Positions 18,876 through 29,878 are shown, counted from the stretch's first letter. The stretch: DNA of 44,163 bases from Candidatus Deferrimicrobium sp. (GCA_035562415.1 DATMWY010000247.1:1-44163), one strand, 5' to 3'. Notes: generated by a model from the letters alone, not told the origin. A program made the numbers and translations.

Positions 18876-19910
18876 TCACGGCCCGCCGCGTCGAGCCTTG
18901 TTCGTAACTTTCTCATACAATCCCAGCAAAAAACCGACTCCCAGACCAAAATGAATGGTCGGAAAGATGATCGGCCCGTACCGAAGACACGCACCATGCT
19001 TTCGCTTCAGAGCGAGGAACACCGAATATAATGCCACCACCCACAAGTACGCCACCGTCGCCGCTCCGAAAATAGCTGCCGTTCGCACAGAAAAAGGCGC
19101 CATGACAAGCAGGACGGCAAAGCCCATAACCCCGGCGGCAGCCAGCCATTGCACCAGGGCCACCTGACGGTGCTTCATCGCAAACTGGAAACGCCCCCGG
19201 CCATAGCGCATCATCTGACGCCACAGCCCGCGAAACGTCGCTCGCGGATAGTACAGGACTTTCAGGCGCGGTGACAAAAACGACCGAAGTCCGGCCTTTC
19301 TGATGCGAAAATTGAAATCGACATCCTCGCAGGCGTCATACTGTTCATCAAAGTAACCAATCTCGTCGAAAAGTGATCTGGCATACATGGCCCCGGAAGA
19401 GGTCGGGTCGACTTCCCCTTCGAAGTCGGAATAAATCTCCGACCCCGGCTTGTGGCCGAGCGCCGATCCGCGACAAAGCGACACCGCCTTTTGGAAAGGA
19501 TTGATGTCGGGAGGCGTCAACGGCTGCGGTCGACAGAGGCAGGCAGCACCGGTCGTCTTGAAAAACTGGATAATGTCACGCAGCAAATGCTTGCTCGGAA
19601 TAAATGTGTGCCCATCCATCACCACCACGTACGGCGCAGTGGAATTCTTGACGCCCACATTTCGTCCCGACGAGGGCCGCCGAACCGGGTTATCGAGTAC
19701 CTTAAGCGATCCGAAACGGCTTTTGAACGATTCGGCGATTTCCCGCGTCCGGTCGGTCGAGCCCCCGTCGGCAATAACAATCTCCACTTTGTCCGCCGGA
19801 AACTCCTGGTGATAAATCTGCTCGAGCGTTTGCCCGATAAATTTTTCTTCGTTCAGCACGGGCATGATAACGGCAATGTCGTATCTCGCTTCGGCAGCTG
19901 TCATAAGCAT
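18876..19910 (-). CDS. family 2 glycosyltransferase with C-terminal TM helices
   Basis: IAVIMPVLNEEKFI, DGGSTDRT and the VVMDGH (DxD-like) pattern. The C-terminus is hydrophobic. Confidence 0.8.
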   Translation of the reverse strand: MLMTAAEARYDIAVIMPVLNEEKFIGQTLEQIYHQEFPADKVEIVIADGGSTDRTREIAESFKSRFGSLKVLDNPVRRPSSGRNVGVKNSTAPYVVVMDGHTFIPSKHLLRDIIQFFKTTGAACLCRPQPLTPPDINPFQKAVSLCRGSALGHKPGSEIYSDFEGEVDPTSSGAMYARSLFDEIGYFDEQYDACEDVDFNFRIRKAGLRSFLSPRLKVLYYPRATFRGLWRQMMRYGRGRFQFAMKHRQVALVQWLAAAGVMGFAVLLVMAPFSVRTAAIFGAATVAYLWVVALYSVFLALKRKHGACLRYGPIIFPTIHFGLGVGFLLGLYEKVTNKARRGGP

Positions 19911-20057
19911 ATTTCCTGTGCCAATTTATCGCTTCACGGGCCTAAGGCAACTGAGGAATGCGGCCGGCGGGACGGCTTGAGAAAATGCCTCATAAAGACG
20001 CGACGCGACAAGGCAATCGCGGGTTAGATGGCCATCAAAGCCAATTCTCGAGGCTGT

Positions 20058-21104
20058 TTATTCATGCCCCAAGCGGCGGCCAGTAGCCCGATCGAAATAA
20101 AGCAGATCTTCAGAGGCAAAAGTGAAATTCACGTGCGCACCAGGCTCAAAAGCAGCAGGACAGTTTGAGACTGTCAACGTAAGCTTCTCAAATGAAAGAG
20201 TCATCACATACTGCCCTCCGACATATTCGGATGACACGATCGTGCCGGTGTGCCGCCCATTCGGTAAAAGCTCAATCCGCTCCGGCCGCAGCCCCACTAT
20301 GATTTTTCCGGAGAATCGCATGTTGTCTGCCACCGGCTGCCCGAATGGCTGTAACCTGCCGCCGTCTATGACAGCCTCAATGACGTTGATTTGAGGCTGG
20401 CCGATGAATCTGGCTACAAACAGATTGGCTGGCTGATGATACAACTTCTGTGGCGTACCGAGCTGGGCGATCCGGCCCTGATGCAACAGCGCTATCCGGT
20501 CACCCATCGTCAGCGCTTCCGATTGATCGTGCGTCACGTGTATGGTAGTAATGCGCAACTGCTTTTGAAGCGAAACGATTTCGCGGCGCATGCGCGTCCG
20601 CAAGTCGGCATCAAGATTCGAGAGGGGTTCATCGAATAGAAATACCGACGGCTGGCGGATCAGCGCCCGTCCGAGCGCCACGCGCTGGCGCTCACCGCCA
20701 GAAAGCTGCGCCGGGCGGGAGGGTAACTTATCGGACAGGCCGAGGAGCTCGGCCACTTCCCGGACACGCCGCTTGATTTCGGAGCTACTTATTTCAGCTA
20801 TGGTCAGGGGAAACGAAAGATTTTTCTCAACCGTCATGTGCGGATAGAGGGCATAATTCTGAAAGACCAGACCAACGCCTCTCTCCTTCGGCCGCAGCTT
20901 GTCGATGCGTCTCTGGCCAATGAATATCTCGCCGCTGTCAGGCTCCTCCAAGCCGGCAATGAGTCGCAGGAGTGTCGACTTGCCGCAGCCGGACGGCCCA
21001 AGCAGGACGAGGAGTTCACCCTCTGCCAGCTCGACAGAAATATCCCTCAGCACGTCGTTGTCCCCGAACCGTTTCGAAATGTTTTTTAGGACCAAACCGG
21101 TCAT
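20058..21104 (-). CDS. ABC transporter ATP-binding protein, MalK/UgpC-type (no permease or binding protein in the window)
   Basis: Walker A GPSGCGKST, signature LSGGERQRVALGRAL and Walker B FLFDEPLSNLD. The C-terminal regulatory/TOBE-like domain gives a length of ~348 aa. Confidence 0.9.
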   Translation of the reverse strand: MTGLVLKNISKRFGDNDVLRDISVELAEGELLVLLGPSGCGKSTLLRLIAGLEEPDSGEIFIGQRRIDKLRPKERGVGLVFQNYALYPHMTVEKNLSFPLTIAEISSSEIKRRVREVAELLGLSDKLPSRPAQLSGGERQRVALGRALIRQPSVFLFDEPLSNLDADLRTRMRREIVSLQKQLRITTIHVTHDQSEALTMGDRIALLHQGRIAQLGTPQKLYHQPANLFVARFIGQPQINVIEAVIDGGRLQPFGQPVADNMRFSGKIIVGLRPERIELLPNGRHTGTIVSSEYVGGQYVMTLSFEKLTLTVSNCPAAFEPGAHVNFTFASEDLLYFDRATGRRLGHE

Positions 21105-21332
21105 CTAATTCACTTTCCTGATAATCCCCGGCCAGATATTGAGACTTCTTCCCGATTCTCGCAACAATAGAACAGGCTCAACCGCGGTGGTGACAAGTAC
21201 CTGTGCGAGATGGCCTAATGAGCCCCTGAGAGGCAAGCATCGATTTTCGTTCAGTTCGCCCAAAACTTGGTCCATAAGCTCTGCAGGCCACAAAAAATGG
21301 CAGATGTTGTCACCTGCCATATTCGTCTGCAC
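21105..21332 (-). CDS. hypothetical 75-aa protein (weak call)
   Basis: It fills the dnaN-ABC gap. Its TAG stop abuts the ATG of the ABC ATPase (TAGATG). No motif and no clear SD. Confidence 0.3.
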   Translation of the reverse strand: MQTNMAGDNICHFLWPAELMDQVLGELNENRCLPLRGSLGHLAQVLVTTAVEPVLLLRESGRSLNIWPGIIRKVN

Positions 21333-21341
21333 GATCTGATT

Positions 21342-22454
21342 TCACTCGGCCAGCCGCAACGGCATCACCAGACAAAGAAAATCCTCTTTGGGTACCTCCG
21401 GACTGTAGACTACTGCTGCCGCGACCGCCGTCGACAGCTCAAAGACTACCTCTTCCCCGTCCATCTTACTCAGCACGTCGGTGATATATGTGGCATTGTA
21501 GCCGAGTTCGATCGGCTCACCAACGTAGTCACACTCTATGACTTCGCGACCTTCTCCTCCCATCTCGGCGTTGGCCGTTGATAGGGTGAGTTGATTGTCC
21601 TGTATGCCAAATCTGACCTGGTGCGTCAGGATGTTGGAGAGAATGGAGACTCGACGCACGGAGCTGGCCAGTTCCGCTCGAGAGACGGTAAGCTTCTTAT
21701 CGTTGCCGGTCGGGATAACTTGTTCGAAATTCGGGTAGGGCCCTTCAATGAGCCGCGAGCTCAGGACAATATCTCCCAGATTGAAGATGATATTGTTTTC
21801 CCCAAAAATAATACCCACCTCATCTTTTTCACTCGTGACAAACTTAGGAATAATGTCCAGCACCTTGGGCGGAATAATAACATCTTCATAGAGGCCCTTG
21901 AGTTTGGGATTGCTGACTGCCAACCTTGCCAGCCGGTGGCCATCGGTCGCCACCATCTGCATTTTTTCCCCTTTTGTCTGCCAGAGAATGCCATTCAGAG
22001 CCGGCCTCGTTTCATCATTGGAACACGCGAAGGTCGTCTTCCGAATCATTTTCACCAGGTCGGCGCCGCTGATCTTGATTTCTTTTTTAACGTTTACCGC
22101 CGGTAACTTCGGAAAATCCTCGGCTGCCACAGTGGCAATTTTGTACGACCCGTTCGGAATCTTGATTTCCACTCGCGTTCCCACCGTTTCGAACAATATC
22201 TCCGCCTCCGGCAACTCCTTTACGATCTCAAAGAGAATCCGCGCCGGCATAGAGACTGACCCTTTCCTCGTTACCACGCTCTCCAAGGAAGCGGAAATCG
22301 ACACGTCAAGGTCCGTAGCGGACAACTTAATCTTGTTCTCCAACGCCTCTATGAGGATATTTGATAGAATGGGGAGCGTGGACTTCGACGGCACAACCTG
22401 AAGCACGTACTGCAAGTACCCACTCAACCGTGATTTAGCCAATGCGAACTTCAT
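21342..22454 (-). CDS. dnaN: DNA polymerase III beta sliding clamp
   Basis: 370 aa, located directly downstream of dnaA, with a typical N-terminus (MKF...LxxxLxxVxxVVxxKSTLPIL). Confidence 0.95.
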   Translation of the reverse strand: MKFALAKSRLSGYLQYVLQVVPSKSTLPILSNILIEALENKIKLSATDLDVSISASLESVVTRKGSVSMPARILFEIVKELPEAEILFETVGTRVEIKIPNGSYKIATVAAEDFPKLPAVNVKKEIKISGADLVKMIRKTTFACSNDETRPALNGILWQTKGEKMQMVATDGHRLARLAVSNPKLKGLYEDVIIPPKVLDIIPKFVTSEKDEVGIIFGENNIIFNLGDIVLSSRLIEGPYPNFEQVIPTGNDKKLTVSRAELASSVRRVSILSNILTHQVRFGIQDNQLTLSTANAEMGGEGREVIECDYVGEPIELGYNATYITDVLSKMDGEEVVFELSTAVAAAVVYSPEVPKEDFLCLVMPLRLAE

Positions 22455-22738
22455 CTATTCTTACCTCTCGATGGGTTTTACTCCACAATCTACTCTACTA
22501 ATACTGAGGTTTATATCAAAAATAAAGTAGTAATATAGCACTGTCAATTGTTAGTAAGCTCAGGAAGTGCAAAAAGGAGGCTTTTAGTTGCTTAAGAAAC
22601 AAGCAGTTATGGGCGACGTTCGAAAGTAGGGTATATGGGAAGCTTGGGGGAGAATAGCAGCGCAGGTGACAGCTTATCCACTGTGCGCCCATGATTACAG
22701 CCTGCCCACAGGGAGCGCACGAAAATTGTCCACCCGTG
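22455..22738. promoter_or_regulatory. dnaA-dnaN intergenic region with DnaA-box-like 9-mers and an AT-rich tract (oriC candidate or dnaN promoter)
   Basis: TTATCCACt at 22674-22682 and TTgTCCACc at 22726-22734. AT-rich run tttatatcaaaaataaagtagtaatatagc around 22510-22540. Confidence 0.4.
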
Positions 22739-24154
22739 TTAATATAAGAGCATCGCGGAAAGACGGTCAATTTTCTCCCTGAAGTTGGCGTCGGAGGCAA
22801 TACGCCTCGTAATCAGGTCACAGGCATGAATCACCGTCGAGTGATCGCGGCCCCCAAAGGCGGCGCCGATGACCTTAAGTGAACTGTCCGTCAGAGAACG
22901 ACTGAGGTACATAGCTACCTGGCGGGCTAAGGCGATGTCGGACGTTTTCTTCTTGGCTGTCATCATCTGTGGATCCACGTGAAAAAATTCAGATGCTTTT
23001 TTCTTGATAAGCTCAAGCGAAATATCCCGCCTCTGAGAGGGGATATTATCTTTCAGCACTTGGCGGGCCAATTCTACATCAAGCGCGACCTGCTTCAGCG
23101 AGGCATAAGCAAGAACTCGAATCAACGCCCCTTCGAGCTCACGGATATTGGTTGATACGATGTCCGCGATGCAGCGTACCACCGTCTCCGGTAACGCCGT
23201 CCCCTCGGACTCGAGCTTTTTGTGCAGGATTGCCATTCGATTTTCGAGGTCCGGGGCTTGCAAATCGGTCACCAGTCCCCACGAGAAGCGTGAAAGCAGC
23301 CGCGCCTCGAGGCCCTTTATTTCCTTGGGTGAACGGTCCGAGGTGAGAACGATTTGTTTGCCGAGATGGTGCAGCGTATTAAAGGTGTGAAAAAACTGTT
23401 CCTGAGTCGACTCCTTGCCGGTCAAAAACTGAATGTCATCAATCATAAGGACATCGACATCCCGGTACACGCGCGTGAAGTCAGAAACCGTCCGATCCGT
23501 TATGGCGGCAATAAAGTCCGACGTGAACTTCTCGGAGGTCGCATAGATCACCTTCTTCGATGGGAACGCCGATAGAATGCTGTTGCCGATAGCTTGCACA
23601 ATGTGGGTCTTGCCCAAGCCGGTGCCGCCATAAATGTAAAGGGGATTGTAGTTAGTGAGCCCGGGCGCCTCGGCCACGGCCATAGCGGCAGCACAGGCAA
23701 ACTGATTAAAATCACCGACCACGAGAGAGTCGAAATCGTAACGTCGATTGAGATTGCATCGTTCCCGCTTGGGCCGATCGTTCTCGACCTGGCCGTGGTG
23801 ACCATTGTTGCCGGAGAGATCAAGTGCGCTCTGTTCAGGCAGACTTTCATCGTTCAATGGTATGTATACCAGTTCGTACCGGTGTCCGAGGACTTGTTCA
23901 AAAGCCTCTTCGATAAGTCCGTGAAAATGTCCGCGGATCCACTCGGCTACGAACTGATTCGGTACCGCCAGCCGAAACTCCCCATTACCGTTAGGCTCTC
24001 CTTTGGATGTTTTGAACCAGGTATGGAAGGACTGTTCCGAAAGGCGGCGAGAAATGTACTGCAGACAGTCTCTCCATTCCTGAGAATTCTTGATGCTTTC
24101 TGTGGCAATCACGTTTCCACCCCTGAATATCTGTAAGTTTTTTTGGTCGACCAT
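22739..24154 (-). CDS. dnaA: chromosomal replication initiator protein DnaA
   Basis: Walker A GGTGLGKTH, MIDDIQFL, and the C-terminal DNA-binding signature GGRDHSTVIHAC. Confidence 0.95.
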   Translation of the reverse strand: MVDQKNLQIFRGGNVIATESIKNSQEWRDCLQYISRRLSEQSFHTWFKTSKGEPNGNGEFRLAVPNQFVAEWIRGHFHGLIEEAFEQVLGHRYELVYIPLNDESLPEQSALDLSGNNGHHGQVENDRPKRERCNLNRRYDFDSLVVGDFNQFACAAAMAVAEAPGLTNYNPLYIYGGTGLGKTHIVQAIGNSILSAFPSKKVIYATSEKFTSDFIAAITDRTVSDFTRVYRDVDVLMIDDIQFLTGKESTQEQFFHTFNTLHHLGKQIVLTSDRSPKEIKGLEARLLSRFSWGLVTDLQAPDLENRMAILHKKLESEGTALPETVVRCIADIVSTNIRELEGALIRVLAYASLKQVALDVELARQVLKDNIPSQRRDISLELIKKKASEFFHVDPQMMTAKKKTSDIALARQVAMYLSRSLTDSSLKVIGAAFGGRDHSTVIHACDLITRRIASDANFREKIDRLSAMLLY

Positions 24155-24514
24155 TCATGACGTCAGTCGGTCGGCGAGTGTGGTCTGATGAAGAGCACAA
24201 TTTGTCCACAACGTTATCAACAATCGAATAGCTCGCAATGTGAGGCAATTACTTTATGCAGAGGCAGTTATCCAACCCCGCAGATTAATTTTCCACACGT
24301 TGTTCACATGATCGCGCTTGACTGATTTCATATCAACTGATAACGCCAACGTGGCCTTTCGTCAAGCGGTGCATTGTGATATTTCCCACAAAGACTGAAG
24401 TGATTGTGTTTCGTGACGTTGGCTAAGATGGATAGCTTTCCTGCCTCGTTGGTTTTCTTTCGTCGCAGACGACATTGCATTCAGAGTCAGACCAAGATAG
24501 TCGCCGTCAAAGAG
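24155..24514. promoter_or_regulatory. region upstream of dnaA with DnaA-box-like 9-mers (dnaA promoter and/or oriC candidate)
   Basis: TTgTCCACA at 24202-24210, TTATCCAac at 24268-24276 and TTtTCCACA at 24289-24297. Each has one or two mismatches to TTATCCACA. Confidence 0.45.
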
Positions 24515-25579
24515 TTATCTTTGAGACGTTCGTTCGATCGACCGGGCGATCATTTCGAACAGACGCACCTGCTCCGGGGTACCGTCGACAGCGGCCGGTC
24601 GGCCCGCGTCGGATGCTTCGCGCAACGAGGTCATGAGTGGAATTTGCCCCAGCAGCGGCACACCGAGACGGGCGGCGAGATCTTTGCCGCCGTCTTTGCC
24701 GAAGATGTAATCCTTTTGGCCGTTGTTGTCGTAGTAGGCCATGTTTTCTATGACGCCAATGACTTTGAGCTTGGTCCGTTCCGCCAGCTTGGCCACACGT
24801 CCGGCGACATTGGTGGCGGTAATTTGTGGCGTCGTCACGACAATCAGCTCGGCGGCAGGAATGGCCTGGGCGATGGTAAGGGTGACATCGCCGGTGCCGG
24901 GAGGAAGATCGAGAAACAAGTAATCGAGGTCATCCCACATGACGTCGACGAGAAACTGGTTGATTGCTTTGTGCAGCAACGGCCCCCGCCAGATAACCGG
25001 CTCGTCCTCCTTGACAAAAAAGCCCATTGACACCACCTGGATATTGTGGCCTTTACGCAGCGGCACGATTTTGTCGTCGATAGCCGTCGGCTGGCCTTGT
25101 ATCCCCAGCATGCGCGGTATCGAAAAGCCGTACACGTCGGCGTCCAGAATCCCGATCTGGCGACCCAGGCGGGCCAGCGCCGCGACCAGATTGGTCGTGA
25201 TAGTTGATTTGCCCACTCCCCCTTTGCCCGACGAGACCGCTATGAACCGTTTGGCGAAATTCAGGATGTGCGTTTCGGGCTGTGGCCCCTTTTGGGCATA
25301 GCCGAGCTTCTGTCGGAGCCGTTCCCGTTGTTCGTCGGTCATGACGTCGAATTCCACCTTGACCGATTTCACACCCGGAATAAAGCTCACCCCACGGGTC
25401 ACGTCTTCGGTAATCTTCTCTTTCAACGGACAGCCCGGGACGGTGAGTGTCACAGCTACCGTGACGTGGCCATCGTCGATGTCGACGCGTTTCACCATGT
25501 CCAGCTCGGTCAATGGCTTACGCAGCTCGGGGTCGTTGATGCCGCTCAGGACATGCATAACAGCTTCTTTGGTCAGCAT
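24515..25579 (-). CDS. Mrp/NBP35-family Fe-S cluster carrier ATPase (ApbC-like) with N-terminal DUF59/MIP18 domain
   Basis: Deviant Walker A SSGKGGVGKST, N-terminal VTLTVPGCPLK, and a CxxC-less ApbC-like layout. Confidence 0.9.
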   Translation of the reverse strand: MLTKEAVMHVLSGINDPELRKPLTELDMVKRVDIDDGHVTVAVTLTVPGCPLKEKITEDVTRGVSFIPGVKSVKVEFDVMTDEQRERLRQKLGYAQKGPQPETHILNFAKRFIAVSSGKGGVGKSTITTNLVAALARLGRQIGILDADVYGFSIPRMLGIQGQPTAIDDKIVPLRKGHNIQVVSMGFFVKEDEPVIWRGPLLHKAINQFLVDVMWDDLDYLFLDLPPGTGDVTLTIAQAIPAAELIVVTTPQITATNVAGRVAKLAERTKLKVIGVIENMAYYDNNGQKDYIFGKDGGKDLAARLGVPLLGQIPLMTSLREASDAGRPAAVDGTPEQVRLFEMIARSIERTSQR

Positions 25580-25906
25580 ATCAGCAATTCATTCTTCTTT
25601 CAGTTCATGTTGTCACAGCGGCGGGTGGCCGCCGCTTATATCCGTAATTGTGCCTAATATACGACATGGGAACGCCTTCTTCACTACCTATAAATGAAGC
25701 CGATGCCTGTTTGTGCCCAGCCAGAATATAGTGATGCGAGTCGATCTCTCTGCCGGGTGTCGCACACCCTTCCCACCAAAAGCCTCCGTCGTCGGGCGAC
25801 GTTCAAGTAAAGGGCAGAATTTCCGACGATAGAAAAGGAAACCGTAGCCAAAGCTCGCGCCGCGAGCCGCTTACGGCCCGTTCTGTGCCTGACGGATTGG
25901 CACGAT

Positions 25907-28360
25907 TTGGCAGGGGAAGCGGGGTGGATCATGACTGAGGAAGTCGCAACATCTACAGACAACAAATGGCTTAGGGCTGTCCCTATAGCGATGGGGGGAT
26001 CGGCCGCTCTTATCGGGCTGCTGGCCTATGCAGGCTGGGCTTTCGATATCGTTTTTCTGCAGGGCATCCGCCGCGATTTCGTGACCATGAAGCCGAATAC
26101 GGCCGTGGGGATTCTCATGCTTGGAACTTCGGTAGTTATTCTGGGTCTCGGCCAAAGTCGCCGGTTTGCCCGAATTTCGGCAAGTATACTGTCATTGCTG
26201 ACGGCGGCAATCGGAGCTCTTTCTCTCGCCGAATACATCTTTGCAGCTGACTTCGGTATCGATCAGCTTCTATTCAGAGAGCACCCGGTGGCCATCGAAA
26301 CCTGGAGCCCAGGGCGCATGGCTTTAATCACGAGTGTCTGCTTCCTGATAGTCGGCGTTGCTCTTCATATGATTGCCGCGGAATACCGGCGGATAAAGCG
26401 TCTACCGGACTTTTTTTTGTCGGCAACCGCGTTGATCGCCCTCTTCGTACTTCTCGGATATGCTTTCGACGAGCGCGCGCTGCGGAATTTGAACATGTAC
26501 GGCGCGATGGCCCTTCACACCGCGGCGGCGTTTCTCCTGATTTGCCTGGGCAGTTTTGCGCTCCGGCCTTCCGAGGGAATCGTTGCTTCAGTGTTTACGA
26601 GCGCTCCAGGTGGCATGATGCTTCGGTGGGTCCTTCCCGCAGCCGTGACCGTACCCATCCTCGTTGGGTGGCTGCGGTGGACCGGTGAGAAACAGGGTTT
26701 GTACGGCACCGGCGTTGGAGTCGCGCTGTCAGTCGTGATTACTATACTGCTCCTGACAATCCTCGTTTTGCTGGGAGCCGCCAAAATAAACCGGTCACAG
26801 GATCGGATTGATCTGATAGAGAAATCGGCGCGTGAAAACGACGAGCGACTGAGGACGTTGCTCAACGCCAGCCGAATGTCAGCCTACATGTTTGATCGGC
26901 AAGGAAGGTTTGTTTTCACCAACCGGCATACGGATGACCTGTATCAATCGGTCACGGGTGCTCTGATCGGCAAGACGCTGTACGATCTATATCCGGCGCC
27001 ACAAGCGGATATCTACCACGCCAACAATGAGCGCGTGTGGAATTCCGGTGCGATGGTTGAGATTGAGGAGACAGCACAAATTTCCGCCGGTACCAAGACG
27101 TACCTTTCGCATAAGTTCCCCGTTTGCGACGAAAACGGAGAAATGATCGCCCTGGGTGGGATCTCCTACGATATTACGGAACTTAAGAACGCGGAGAGTG
27201 AAATCAACAGATTCTTTCAGTTGTCCATCAATTTGCTCTGCATTGCCAATCTTGACGGATATTTCGTGAAGCTCAATCCCATGTGGGAACAAACACTCGG
27301 ATTCAGCAACGATGAGTTGACCGCAAAACCTTTCATTGAATTTGTTCATCCGGAAGACCGCGAGAAGACTCTGGCTGAGGTACAGAAGTTGGCCTCGGGA
27401 GTGAAGGTGATTTCCTTTGAAAATCGTTATCTTTGCAAGGACGGATCATACAAAACCCTCCTCTGGAATTCAGCGTCGGCGGTCGAATACGGCCTGATCT
27501 ATGCGACCGCAGTCGACATTACTGAGCGCAAGCAAGCGGAGGCAGACATCCTTAAACTCAACGCCGACCTATCACGACAATCCACAGCGCTTCAAGCGGC
27601 CAACAAGGAAATCGAGGCATTCAGCTACTCGGTCTCCCACGACCTGCGAGCACCACTTCGAAGTATCGACGGTTTCAGTCAGGCGCTCCTCGAGGACTAC
27701 CGGGACCGGCTCGATGAGACCGGCAGAGACTATCTGAGGCGCGTGCGGTCGGCCGCCCAGCGCATGGCCCAGCTCATCGATGATATGCTTCAGTTATCAC
27801 GAATCACGCGCATCGAGCCGAATCCGGAGCATGTCAACCTGAGCGCCGTCGCGGGGGCGGTCATTGCCGATTGCCGACGGAAAAGCCCGGATCGAGCAGT
27901 CGAGGTCACAATCCAAGACGGTCTGGAGGTTGACGGAGACCCGCGGCTTCTGCGGGTGGTTCTTGAGAACCTGCTCGGCAATGCCTGGAAATACACTTCG
28001 AAAAAAGCGGCGGCACATATCGAATTCGGCTCTCGGACAGACGCCGGTGATGCCACGTTCTTTGTGCGCGATAACGGCGCCGGTTTTGACATGGCCTACG
28101 CCGACAAGCTCTTCGGTGCGTTTCAGCGCCTGCATTCAGTGGAAGAATTCGAGGGTACGGGAATCGGTCTGGCGACCGTGAAACGAATTATCCATCGGCA
28201 CGGGGGTGAAGTCTGGGCCGAAGGAGCCGTGGATGCCGGCGCCACATTCTATTTCACATTGAAACCTACAACGATAGTTGGAGAAAATGATGAAAGACAA
28301 GATCATTCTGCTGGTCGAGGACAATCCGGACGACGTGCAGTTGACGCTGCGTGCTCTTAA
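25907..28360 (+). CDS. membrane-bound PAS-domain sensor histidine kinase
   Basis: ~8 predicted TM helices and two PAS-like segments. H-box [17 protein letters not shown]-box GNAWKYT, G1 DNGAGFD, G2 GTGIGLATV. An alternative ATG start is at 25931. Confidence 0.85.
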   Translation: MAGEAGWIMTEEVATSTDNKWLRAVPIAMGGSAALIGLLAYAGWAFDIVFLQGIRRDFVTMKPNTAVGILMLGTSVVILGLGQSRRFARISASILSLLTAAIGALSLAEYIFAADFGIDQLLFREHPVAIETWSPGRMALITSVCFLIVGVALHMIAAEYRRIKRLPDFFLSATALIALFVLLGYAFDERALRNLNMYGAMALHTAAAFLLICLGSFALRPSEGIVASVFTSAPGGMMLRWVLPAAVTVPILVGWLRWTGEKQGLYGTGVGVALSVVITILLLTILVLLGAAKINRSQDRIDLIEKSARENDERLRTLLNASRMSAYMFDRQGRFVFTNRHTDDLYQSVTGALIGKTLYDLYPAPQADIYHANNERVWNSGAMVEIEETAQISAGTKTYLSHKFPVCDENGEMIALGGISYDITELKNAESEINRFFQLSINLLCIANLDGYFVKLNPMWEQTLGFSNDELTAKPFIEFVHPEDREKTLAEVQKLASGVKVISFENRYLCKDGSYKTLLWNSASAVEYGLIYATAVDITERKQAEADILKLNADLSRQSTALQAANKEIEAFSYSVSHDLRAPLRSIDGFSQALLEDYRDRLDETGRDYLRRVRSAAQRMAQLIDDMLQLSRITRIEPNPEHVNLSAVAGAVIADCRRKSPDRAVEVTIQDGLEVDGDPRLLRVVLENLLGNAWKYTSKKAAAHIEFGSRTDAGDATFFVRDNGAGFDMAYADKLFGAFQRLHSVEEFEGTGIGLATVKRIIHRHGGEVWAEGAVDAGATFYFTLKPTTIVGENDERQDHSAGRGQSGRRAVDAACS

Positions 28361-28742
28361 GCAGAACAACATCACCAACGAAATAGTGGTCGCCAAAGAC
28401 GGTGTCGAGGCGCTCGAATACCTGTTTTGTACCGGAACATACGCCGGTCGTAACCCGTACGCCTTGCCTCAGGTGGTGTTAATGGACCTGAAACTGCCGC
28501 GTGTCGATGGCCTGGAGCTCCTCCGTCACATTCGCGCCGACCGACGAACGAAATTTCTGCCCGTGGTAATCCTGACGTCTTCCAAGGAAGAACAGGACTT
28601 GATAGGCAGCTATAGCTTGGGCGCCAATAGTTATATTCACAAACCGGTGGATTTCGCACAGTTCTGTGAAGCTGTGCGCCACCTCGGGCTGTACTGGCTG
28701 CTCCTCAATGAAGTTCCGCAAATTGAGACGGTGTTGTCATGA
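28290..28742 (+). CDS. single-domain CheY-like response regulator
   Basis: [23 protein letters not shown] and HKP motifs. GGAG lies 6 nt upstream of ATG 28290 (alternative starts at 28278 and 28287). It overlaps the kinase 3' end. Confidence 0.85.
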   Translation: MKDKIILLVEDNPDDVQLTLRALKQNNITNEIVVAKDGVEALEYLFCTGTYAGRNPYALPQVVLMDLKLPRVDGLELLRHIRADRRTKFLPVVILTSSKEEQDLIGSYSLGANSYIHKPVDFAQFCEAVRHLGLYWLLLNEVPQIETVLS

Positions 28743-29878
28743 ATACGCCGCTCCGCGTGTTGCTCGTGGAAGACCGCGAGGAAGATGCAGTTCTGGTCGA
28801 AAGAGAGCTGCGCCAGGGTGGCTTTGATCCTACGAGCACTCGCGTCGAGACGGCTGAAGCCATGCGCCGAGCCTTGACTGAGGAACAATGGGACGTCATC
28901 ATCGCCGATTACTCGCTTCCCCAGTACAGTGGCATGGCGGCGTTTCGACTGTACCAAGAGGTCGGGCTTGATGTGCCGTTCATCCTTGTGTCCGGCACCA
29001 TCGGTGAGGAAATCGCCGTCTCGGCCATGAAGGCGGGAGTACACGACTATGTCATGAAAAATAACCTGGCGCGATTGGCGCCTGCGATCCAACGCGAGCT
29101 GCGGGAGGCGACGGAGCGATCGGCTCGCAGGCAGGCTGAAGAGGAGCTCAAGAAGACCGAACGCCTGCGAATGATTGGGCAATTGACCGCTTCTCTCATT
29201 CACGATTTGAAGAATCCTCTGCAGTCGATCCTCAGCTCGGCGGAACTCCTGAGTGCCGAGGACATCCGGCCGGAGCAGCGGCTGAAGTTCGGCGATCTGA
29301 TTGAGCGTCAGATTCAGCGGATTCTATCGATGAGCGATGAAGTCCTCGATTTCGTGAAGGGTGGCGTACAACTTGCACTGCGGCCGGTCAATCCGGCGGC
29401 CGTTGCGCAGGAAGTGGTCGATACGTATGCACCCGTCTTTGCGAAAGCAGGCATCGACCTGTCATGCGCCAGTGATCCGGAGAGCCCTCCGGTGCTTACT
29501 ATCATGGCCGACGAGCGCAAAATCTGGCGAGTGCTGCAGAACATGATCGCAAACGCCAAGGACGCCATGCCCCGAGGCGGCCAGGTCACCCTGAGAGTGA
29601 GTCCGGCGGGTGAGCAGGTCGTCATCGAGGTCTCTGACGAAGGGGGAGGCATACCCGAACCCATCCGAGACTCTCTCTTCAAGCCGCTCGTTTCATACGG
29701 AAAGAAGTGCGGCACGGGACTGGGGCTGGCCATTGTGAAAAGCATCGTGGAGGCGCACGGCGGCTCCATACGATTCACGATGCGAGAGGGTACCGGCACT
29801 ACCTTTCACATTACGTTGCCGCGATTTCCCGTTGGACCTCGAGATGACAAAGCCGTGCTCGTGGCTGCCGTTTCATGA
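28739..29878 (+). CDS. receiver-histidine kinase hybrid protein
   Basis: N-terminal receiver (VLLVEDREED, IIADYSLP). H-box SLIHDLKNPLQSI, N-box NAKDAM, DEGGGIP, GTGLGLAIV. ATGA overlap with the upstream gene. Confidence 0.85.
   Translation: MNTPLRVLLVEDREEDAVLVERELRQGGFDPTSTRVETAEAMRRALTEEQWDVIIADYSLPQYSGMAAFRLYQEVGLDVPFILVSGTIGEEIAVSAMKAGVHDYVMKNNLARLAPAIQRELREATERSARRQAEEELKKTERLRMIGQLTASLIHDLKNPLQSILSSAELLSAEDIRPEQRLKFGDLIERQIQRILSMSDEVLDFVKGGVQLALRPVNPAAVAQEVVDTYAPVFAKAGIDLSCASDPESPPVLTIMADERKIWRVLQNMIANAKDAMPRGGQVTLRVSPAGEQVVIEVSDEGGGIPEPIRDSLFKPLVSYGKKCGTGLGLAIVKSIVEAHGGSIRFTMREGTGTTFHITLPRFPVGPRDDKAVLVAAVS

Noticed and set aside
25618-25636. GC hairpin gcggcgg-gtg-gccgccgc upstream of the Mrp gene, as a terminator or riboswitch.
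   Set aside because: No gene ends nearby on either strand for which it could act as a terminator, there is no clear T-run, and the evidence is too weak to call.
25898-25912. TGGCACgatttGGCA upstream of the histidine kinase, as a third sigma-54 promoter.
   Set aside because: The -12 element is not TTGC, the GG-to-GC spacing is off by one, there is no TTACGA enhancer nearby, and it overlaps the annotated start region.
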